Assembly: GCA_046729675.1 (NCBI GenBank)
Contig: JBKPGZ010000223.1
Location: forward strand, 1 to 51,971
Direction of reading: 5' to 3'
Length of the DNA: 51,971 nucleotides
Origin: Gemmatimonadota bacterium
Lineage (GTDB): Bacteria; Gemmatimonadota; Gemmatimonadetes; Gemmatimonadales; GWC2-71-9
In this document: positions 21,541 through 28,268 of the stretch, piece after piece
Layout of the letters: each line of letters starts with the position of its first letter
Position numbering within the stretch: the stretch's first letter is position 1
Translations under genes and position numbers: made by a program
The notes under the pieces: generated by a model
What the model was told of the DNA's origin: nothing
The model's input: only the letters and a program-made list of their open reading frames with translations
Databases searched by the model: none

Positions 21541-23045
21541 CGGCTTCCCGCCCGCGGACGGGTTCGCAACGCCGGCGGGAGGCGGAACACGTCGGTCTCG
21601 CTTCGCAGCAGCAGGGTCACCCTGGCGTGCAGCCGGGTCTGATTCCAGTCGAACGCCGCCGCGTCCGGCCGCTCCCGAGACTCCCAGTACCTCGCTCCGC
21701 CGACCCCGAGGCGCAGGCGGCTTCCCGGACTCCATTCCGCATCCACGCCCAGCACGTCGACTGAGGCATCGTTGAACCGAAACTCCAGCGGCCGGTCGAG
21801 GGTGGACCCATACCCGGTGATCGCGAGCACGGTCGTCGGGGTCCAGGTGACGAAGGCGTCGAAGCCATGGGACGACGCGCCGGGGCCGTACTCCTCACGG
21901 TAGCCCGCATCGAAGCGCCAGGCTGACCCGAGGCTGTAGGTGGCGCCCACGCCGAGCCGCCAGCCGTCATCGTCCACATCCACCAGCGGGGTTTCCGTTT
22001 CGGTGTCCGAAAAGGCGTAACGCTCTCCCCGGGCACGAAGCTCGAGCGAGCGGATGGGTCGCACGAAGACCGCGGCGTCCGCCGCGTGATACGGAACGGG
22101 GCTGAAGACGCCCCACAGGGTCCACAGATCGAAGTGGGGCCGGTATTGACGGAGTCCGCCGGTCACCGTGATCCGTGGCGCCGTGTACCGGACCACCGCG
22201 TCGGCGTTGCCGAACCAGGTATTGGCCAGGTCGTAGTCCGCCCCGGCGGCGAAGCTCCAGTATCGGCTCGGACGGAAATCCAGCGAGAGCGCCGCCCGCT
22301 CCGAAACGAAGTTGCGGCTGTCGCGATCGACTTCGCGCTGGTAGTCCAATCGCGCATTCCACAGACGCCCCTGGTACCCGAGCGCGCCGCCGGCGAGGAT
22401 CTGTCGACTCCGAGGCTGGAACTCGTCCAGCGGGTCGAGCGCGGGGCTGGTCGGTGTCAGCGCGGTCGCCCGCGCGAGCCCCAGGCCCGCGTATGCGTCG
22501 ACCTCGATCCCGCTGCGGCCGACCCGCACGATCCCGCGGCCGCCGTCGAAACCCACGATGCCGAGCCGATGGACCAGCAGCTGCCGACCACCGCGCACGG
22601 TGAACTGGCGATGTCCGTACTCGGCGTAGGCCTCGAGCAGCTGCGCCGCGGGCTCGGTGCCGGGCCAGGTCTCGTCACCGTCGAGATCGAGGCCAAGCCT
22701 CCCGTTCACGCGCACGCTGACGCCCGGGATGCCGAACCCCCAGAGCGTGAGGTCGGCCGTCGTCACCATCGGGCCGCCGGTGAGCTCCGGCCCTCCACGG
22801 AAGTAGAAGCAATAGGCGCTGCCGGGAGGGCAACGCACCGCGAAGTTGTCGGGTGTCCGCGGACCGCCCGTCGGGCCGGTGACGACCTCCCCGACGGGGA
22901 TGCTGTCCATCTCGACACCGCGAAAGGTCGCCCGCTGCACCCGCGAGTCGAGTCGCAGGCGATAACCCTGCGCCTCGACAGGACCCGAGCCGAGCCCGAG
23001 CAGGGCGATGCCCAGCAACCCGGCGACGCACCGGAGACGACTCAC
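21537..23045 (-). CDS. predicted outer-membrane beta-barrel protein (porin-like partner of the cytochromes)
   Basis: 502 aa, GTG start overlapping the upstream TGA. Signal peptide MSRLRCVAGLLGIALLGLGSGPVEAQG. No heme motifs. Repeated amphipathic beta-strand patterns rich in G/Y/W/R/D (RLGVGATYSLGSAWRFDAGY, AFVTWTPTTVLAITGYG, LGVDAEWSPGSRLRLGVGG). Confidence 0.65.
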   Translation of the reverse strand: MSRLRCVAGLLGIALLGLGSGPVEAQGYRLRLDSRVQRATFRGVEMDSIPVGEVVTGPTGGPRTPDNFAVRCPPGSAYCFYFRGGPELTGGPMVTTADLTLWGFGIPGVSVRVNGRLGLDLDGDETWPGTEPAAQLLEAYAEYGHRQFTVRGGRQLLVHRLGIVGFDGGRGIVRVGRSGIEVDAYAGLGLARATALTPTSPALDPLDEFQPRSRQILAGGALGYQGRLWNARLDYQREVDRDSRNFVSERAALSLDFRPSRYWSFAAGADYDLANTWFGNADAVVRYTAPRITVTGGLRQYRPHFDLWTLWGVFSPVPYHAADAAVFVRPIRSLELRARGERYAFSDTETETPLVDVDDDGWRLGVGATYSLGSAWRFDAGYREEYGPGASSHGFDAFVTWTPTTVLAITGYGSTLDRPLEFRFNDASVDVLGVDAEWSPGSRLRLGVGGARYWESRERPDAAAFDWNQTRLHARVTLLLRSETDVFRLPPALRTRPRAGSR

Positions 23046-25099
23046 GGCTCACCGCCGATCAGCCTGGTGCGGTACTCGCCGGGGGAGGCCTGCAGGTGGC
23101 AGACGGTGCACTCCTTCTGCTGATAGTGATCCGTCTCGCTCGAGTGGCAGGCCAGGCAGAACGACCGGGTGGGCTCCAGAGCGGCGACGGTCGTGGCGGT
23201 ATGGCATTGGTCGCAGGCGCGATGGGCATCGACCGGAGGCGCGTGCGCCTGGATGATGCCCCCGGTGCGGTGGCACGCGGCGCAGTCGAGCCCCGCGGTG
23301 TGATGGTTGTCGTGGCAGGAGGTGCAGGTCGCGACGGATTCCTTGGGTTCGAGAGTGACCGGAGTGACGTGACACTCCGTGCAGGCGACGTCGGCGTGCC
23401 GCGCGTGCTCGAACTCGACTCGCCGATCCCGGGGCGGCTCCTGAGCGACGCTCACCTTGACCGTCACAGATCGCGCGGGCTCGATCTCCCCGGCCTGGTG
23501 GCATGAAGCGCAATCCGCCTTCGTGGGGCGCTGGTGGTGGCAGATCTGACACCCACGGGGCGGCTGGAACGTGAGGTTGCTCGTCTGCGATGTGGTGCTG
23601 TGGCAGGTGATGCAGGCGAGTTTGCGATGGGTTCGATGGGAGAAGGTGTCGGCGAGAGCGGCGGTTCGGGCGATCGGCCTCCCGGGTGGCTCGTCGGGAA
23701 ACGGTGCGTCGCCTCGCCCCCGGGCGCGCCCCGGCTCGACCAGCCCATGGACACGGGGCGCCATGCTGTCGGACGGCGGCTGCGGCGGAAGTAGACTTTG
23801 CCGCAAGGCCTTCAGCGTATCGAACGGCAGCGGCGGCTTGTTCCGGCCACCCTGACGGACTGCGGTATGGCATCCGGTACAGTCGCTTGCGTCCACCCGG
23901 GCCGCGTGCGGCTGATGACAGGTCCGACACTGGTCCGCCACCTTCCGGTGGGCCTTGCCGGCGTGGAAGGCCATACTGCGCCAGTCGGCATGACAGCCGC
24001 CGCCGGCGCAGGATTTCAATGCGTCCGTGGGCTTGACGTCGGTGTGGGGATTGTGGCACATCCCGCAGCTCCCGCCATGGGGATCCTTGGCCGGGTCGAA
24101 CGTGGCGAACAGCACCCGCATCTCGTGGCAGCCGAAGCACTGCCCTTGGCCCGGGCGGAGGGCGCCGCCCGCGGAGTCGAGAGTCACGAACTGGGCGTCC
24201 GCGGTGAACTGGTGGCAGGAGTTGCAGTAGAGCTGCTCCTGGTTGGGATCCAGGTTCTCCCGCGAGAACCGGGCGGCCATGCTCCCGAGCCGGATCTTCA
24301 CCTGGTCGGTCAGATGGCAGCCCTTCTGCGCGCAGGTCGTGTCCGCCGGCTGGAATCGGTGAGCTGACCGTGCGTGGCAGGTGAGGCACTCTACGTCCTT
24401 CAGCGCCGACGAGTCCGACTCGAAGTGAATGCGATGTCCGGCGGTGGAGGCGATGCGCTGCCAGGTATCCTTGGCCTCCCCGTGCTTGTGACACTGCTCG
24501 CAGGTCTCCCTCGGCACCTTCGCGTGGGGCGGCACCTTTTCCGGGCGCTCGGTGATCCAGTAGTACATCTCCTTGGTCTGCGCCTCGAGCTCGAAGGGGT
24601 GGCAGGCGTGGCAGGAGAGACTGTCGTGGGCGCCCTCGACCTTGTTCACCAGCAGGTAGTGGCCGGTATCCGGCCGCACAAAGGCCTGCCCGCTGGGCAC
24701 GAAGATGTGGCACCCGCGGCAGAAATCGTTGTCATGCATCATGTAGTCGTAGGCCTTCACCCCCGTTCCCACCACCAGCAGAAGCACGGCCCCCAGCGCC
24801 CCGGTGAGCCCGAGCTTGACCCCGCGATCCCGGGTGACCAGCCACGTCCATATCGCCCACCGGCGGCGCCACAGGAAGACGGCAAGCACGATCGCCACGA
24901 TGGCGCCCAGCACGATGCCGCCGCCCATGACCCAGCCCGGCTTCTGGAATAGCCATTGCACGATGGGAACCATCGGGTCGGGCAGGGGGGAGTCGACCAC
25001 GACCGAGTCGATGAATTGCCCGGTCAGCGTGTCCTGGGCGGCCTGCAGCCAATCGGCCCCGGTGCTCAACACTGTTCCGGGGCCGATGTGACCTGGCAT
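23042..25099 (-). CDS. membrane-anchored multiheme c-type cytochrome (18 CxxCH + 2 CxxxxCH), NapC/NirT-like N-terminal module
   Basis: 685 aa, ATG verified. Two TM helices (GWVMGGGIVLGAIVAIVLAVFLW, LGLTGALGAVLLLVVGTG) followed by CRGCH, CHACH, CEQCH, CLTCH and 14 more CxxCH, plus CAQKGCH and CAGGGCH. Confidence 0.85.
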   Translation of the reverse strand: MPGHIGPGTVLSTGADWLQAAQDTLTGQFIDSVVVDSPLPDPMVPIVQWLFQKPGWVMGGGIVLGAIVAIVLAVFLWRRRWAIWTWLVTRDRGVKLGLTGALGAVLLLVVGTGVKAYDYMMHDNDFCRGCHIFVPSGQAFVRPDTGHYLLVNKVEGAHDSLSCHACHPFELEAQTKEMYYWITERPEKVPPHAKVPRETCEQCHKHGEAKDTWQRIASTAGHRIHFESDSSALKDVECLTCHARSAHRFQPADTTCAQKGCHLTDQVKIRLGSMAARFSRENLDPNQEQLYCNSCHQFTADAQFVTLDSAGGALRPGQGQCFGCHEMRVLFATFDPAKDPHGGSCGMCHNPHTDVKPTDALKSCAGGGCHADWRSMAFHAGKAHRKVADQCRTCHQPHAARVDASDCTGCHTAVRQGGRNKPPLPFDTLKALRQSLLPPQPPSDSMAPRVHGLVEPGRARGRGDAPFPDEPPGRPIARTAALADTFSHRTHRKLACITCHSTTSQTSNLTFQPPRGCQICHHQRPTKADCASCHQAGEIEPARSVTVKVSVAQEPPRDRRVEFEHARHADVACTECHVTPVTLEPKESVATCTSCHDNHHTAGLDCAACHRTGGIIQAHAPPVDAHRACDQCHTATTVAALEPTRSFCLACHSSETDHYQQKECTVCHLQASPGEYRTRLIGGEP

Positions 25100-25120
25100 G
25101 TGCGAGGTATGCTGGCTAGG

Positions 25121-26749
25121 TCAGCGGGAGCTGATCTTGCGCTGGTCACGAACCTTCAGGTGCCTCCTAACGCGATCCAGTAGTGCCTGGGTCTCGGGCG
25201 GAACGTGCAGGCTGAGACCGTAAGCGTCCTGCAAAGCATTGATGCTCGCACCGAGGAGCGACGTGCTCAGGCCCGGGTTGTGCACCCCTTTCGAGCGATC
25301 ACCATTGCTCGCACGTCCCTCGGCGATCAGTTGCACGTTGAACAGCACTCCCTCGGCGACACTGAGCGAGTCGTCGTTGGGGTTGAAGTTGACGGCCGGA
25401 TTCGGGATCTGGGTCAGAAGGCCGGTATCGCCAGGATCGAAGGCGCTAAAGGTCCCATCCTCCGTCGTCTCGTACAACACCTGGTCGCCGTCGGTGTCCG
25501 TCCAGATCTGATCGGCGAGCACGGCGATGTTGTTGCGGTGGTCGCTAAACGCGGATTGTACGACTTCGGCACTCCCGTGGCAGCCCGTGCACGCGCCCCA
25601 GTAGCGTGCGGTGGTGGTGTACTCGCAGGTGTTGTCCGACACCGGATCCCCCGTCGTCGGATCCAGGCACGGGACTGGTCTGAACAGGTGCCCCCTCGAC
25701 TCGATGGTCTCACCGGGGTTCAGCAGGTCCTCCACCTCGAAGTTGTTCACATGACACCCGGCGCAGAGCCGCGGGTTTGCTTCGGGAGTGCCATGGGTGG
25801 CGGCTTGCGCGGTGGTGTCGTAACCCGGCGGCCAGTACCCGGCCGTGCCCGTGAGCACGGCGCCCTGTGGGGCATGCGGCCCCCTCGAGCCGCTGGGCTC
25901 GTAGCGCCGGGTGTGGCACTTCATGCAGAGATTGCCCTCGAACGTGCCGTCCGAGATCGAGTAGCGGAGCTGACCCTCGTACTGACCGTTGTGGGGATCG
26001 TGGCAGACGGCGCAGGTGACACCCAGGTGGAGGTCTGCGGCAGGGACATCACGCTCGACATAGTTCTCCGTGACCCCCCAGGCCCTGAGCGCGGCGCGGC
26101 CTTCGTGACACGTCGCGCAGTTCTCACCGTGGTCCGCGACGAAGCTTCCATCCTCCGGATCGATCAGGGCTCGCGCGTGGCCGGACGTCCGCCACTCGTC
26201 GACGAAGGGATGGTGCGACCCACTGTGACACTCGGCGCAGGAGCCCGAGACCGTCGCCGTATCCGCGTTGACGTCCCCGGTGGCGACGTCTGACGCCAGC
26301 ACCTGGACCCGTGCCAGCGGGGGTGCCGTCGCGTCCGGGGTCTCGACGTGATCCACGCCGGGTCCATGGCAGCTCTCGCACTGCACGTCGTGGTAGGCTG
26401 TGTCCTGGACCGCGTTCCAGCCGGCAGGCTCGCTGACCTGGTTCCCGCGCTCGCTCACCGTGTGGCAGCCGAAGCAGGATTCCTTCTCGTTTCCACTGGC
26501 GATCAGGCTGTCATAGGCGGCCGCGTGGGCCGTCTCCACCCATTGGTTCTCGTGATCCACGTGGCAGTTGCCGCACGTGGTCGACTTGTCGCTGGTGGTG
26601 AAGTAGCCGACGAAGCCTGCCTCGGCATCCGGCGGGGGATTGAAAGGCTCGCGGTACACGATCTTCTCGTCGGTGCAACCCGCCGAGAGGAGGGAGAGCA
26701 GGCCGAAGCTCGCGAGGAGACGAAGGGCTGGGACCGGACGAAGGCGCAT
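25121..26749 (-). CDS. 9-heme c-type cytochrome, probable lipoprotein
   Basis: ATG 26749 verified. MRLRPVPALRLLASFGLLSLLSAGCTDEK has a lipobox-like signal. Nine CxxCH motifs (CGNCH, CFGCH, CESCH, CAECH, CATCH, CAVCH, CMKCH, CAGCH, CTGCH). Confidence 0.85.
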   Translation of the reverse strand: MRLRPVPALRLLASFGLLSLLSAGCTDEKIVYREPFNPPPDAEAGFVGYFTTSDKSTTCGNCHVDHENQWVETAHAAAYDSLIASGNEKESCFGCHTVSERGNQVSEPAGWNAVQDTAYHDVQCESCHGPGVDHVETPDATAPPLARVQVLASDVATGDVNADTATVSGSCAECHSGSHHPFVDEWRTSGHARALIDPEDGSFVADHGENCATCHEGRAALRAWGVTENYVERDVPAADLHLGVTCAVCHDPHNGQYEGQLRYSISDGTFEGNLCMKCHTRRYEPSGSRGPHAPQGAVLTGTAGYWPPGYDTTAQAATHGTPEANPRLCAGCHVNNFEVEDLLNPGETIESRGHLFRPVPCLDPTTGDPVSDNTCEYTTTARYWGACTGCHGSAEVVQSAFSDHRNNIAVLADQIWTDTDGDQVLYETTEDGTFSAFDPGDTGLLTQIPNPAVNFNPNDDSLSVAEGVLFNVQLIAEGRASNGDRSKGVHNPGLSTSLLGASINALQDAYGLSLHVPPETQALLDRVRRHLKVRDQRKISSR

Positions 26750-27042
26750 GAGGACCGCCTTTTGGATGATTCCGGACTGCCTGATGGCCAATCTGGCTGA
26801 CACATAGTTGGATCATCCGTAGAAATGCGCAAGTGCACCTTCGTAGAGGTGCTATCGCCTTTCTCGTGTTGCCGATTTACATCGGGCCACTCCGACGAAT
26901 TCCTGAGGTTTCCTTCACGTGCTCCGCGCGGGTTCGCTTCTTGTCGGGTATCTCCCGCGGGATTGAAACTCCGAAAGTAGGACCCGTCCTCCAGCTGATG
27001 CGGAAGGACGACCCGTTGGCCTCGACCTGCTAAATTACGACC

Positions 27043-27780
27043 GTGACCTCACCCGGCTCTGGATTCTGCAGTTTCTGCGGCACCGCGTTTGCACCCAGCG
27101 CTCGATTCTGTTCTGGCTGCGGCCGCACCCTCGGTGCGGCGCCCGTAAGGACGGTTGCGGTCGGATCGGCGGACCGCGTTCCGTGGCTCATCGCGGGCGG
27201 GGCGCTGGCCGGCATGCTCGTACTCCTGCTCGTTCTGGTCGTCCGGGGGTCCGAAACGCCGGCGGCCAGCGCGGCCGGTCCGGGTCCGGCGCCTGGGGAG
27301 ACCGGCATGGTGGCGCCCGACATCAGCCAGCTGTCGCCCGAGGAGCGCTTCGACCGGCTCTACAACCGGGTGATGCAGGCGGCCCAGTCGGGCGACCAGG
27401 CCACCATGAGCCGGTTCATGCCCATGGCACTCGGCGCGTACGATATGCTGGACTCGGCCGATGCCGATGCCCGTTATCATGCGGCGCTGCTCCGGGTCCA
27501 CAACGGGGACGTCCAGGGCTCCCGTGCCCTGGGTGACTCGATCCTGGCCGCACAACCCGGTCACCTGCTTGGGTATGTCGTGCTGGGGACCACGGCACGG
27601 TGGGCGAAGGACGAGGCCGGACTGGCCAGGGCCTACCAGGAGTTCCTGGCCCACTACGATGCCGAGATGAAGGCGGACCGCCGGGAGTACGGGGAGCACC
27701 GGGCCTCGATCGACGGGTTCCGGCGCGAGGCGCTGGCCGCCGAAACCGGCGCCGGCCAGGCGCCCCGGCGCGGGTCTTGA
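27043..27780 (+). CDS. zinc-ribbon / single-TM protein with helical (TPR-like) C-terminal domain
   Basis: GTG start. N-terminal FCSFCGTAFAPSARFCSGCG (CxxC-x10-CxxC), TM VPWLIAGGALAGMLVLLLVLVV, then a ~170-aa helical domain. Confidence 0.6.
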   Translation: MTSPGSGFCSFCGTAFAPSARFCSGCGRTLGAAPVRTVAVGSADRVPWLIAGGALAGMLVLLLVLVVRGSETPAASAAGPGPAPGETGMVAPDISQLSPEERFDRLYNRVMQAAQSGDQATMSRFMPMALGAYDMLDSADADARYHAALLRVHNGDVQGSRALGDSILAAQPGHLLGYVVLGTTARWAKDEAGLARAYQEFLAHYDAEMKADRREYGEHRASIDGFRREALAAETGAGQAPRRGS

Positions 27781-27844
27781 ACTCCGACGGCCGGGGGCCG
27801 AACATTCCTCAGGCTACTGGTTTCCCGTCTCTCCGGAGCACTCC

Positions 27845-28264
27845 ATGAAGGCCGGTCACAAGTTCCTGCTCGGCGCGAGCATCATCGTGGTGAGCGTGAT
27901 CCTCCTGATCACCCAGGGGGTACGGGAGACCGGGGTCTACTTCCTCACGCCGAGCGAGCTCGCCGCCAAGACCTCGGCCGATCCTTCCTTTTATGATGTC
28001 GGTCTCAAGATGGGCGCCAAGGTCGTGCCCGGCTCGGTCCGCCGCGACCCCAGCAACCGGCAGATCGACTTCGAGGTGAGCGACGGCGTTCGCTCCTATC
28101 CGGTCACCTATCGTGGGCTCGTGCCCGACACCTTCACCGACGCCAACGACATCGAAGTGATCGTGGAGGGCCGTCTCGGTCGGGACGGTGTCTTCCGGGC
28201 CACCGAGGTGCTGGCCAAATGCGGCTCCAGATACGAAGCCGCGGCCCAAGGGAAACAGGCCTAG
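27845..28264 (+). CDS. ccmE: cytochrome c maturation heme chaperone CcmE, CxxxY variant
   Basis: 139 aa. ATG with GGAG upstream. TM anchor plus OB-fold-like sequence (YFLTPSEL, LKMGAKVVPGSV, FEVSDG, VTYRGLVPDTF, EVIVEGRL). The heme-attachment motif reads LAKCGSRYE (TGC 28220-28222, TAC 28232-28234) instead of LAKHDExY. Confidence 0.85.
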   Translation: MKAGHKFLLGASIIVVSVILLITQGVRETGVYFLTPSELAAKTSADPSFYDVGLKMGAKVVPGSVRRDPSNRQIDFEVSDGVRSYPVTYRGLVPDTFTDANDIEVIVEGRLGRDGVFRATEVLAKCGSRYEAAAQGKQA

Positions 28265-28268
28265 TCCG

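Noticed and set aside
20099-21642. Alternative-frame ORFs (279 aa, 216 aa, 420 aa, 180 aa) within the 16-heme cytochrome gene
   Set aside because: They are Arg/Pro/Gly-rich shadow frames. Only the 20107-21540 frame carries the 16 regularly spaced CxxCH motifs.
26833-27033. 66-aa ORF in the divergent cytochrome/ccm intergenic region
   Set aside because: It has a GTG start without a ribosome-binding site, no G/C bias at third positions, and a non-protein-like sequence. It is more likely promoter/leader DNA.
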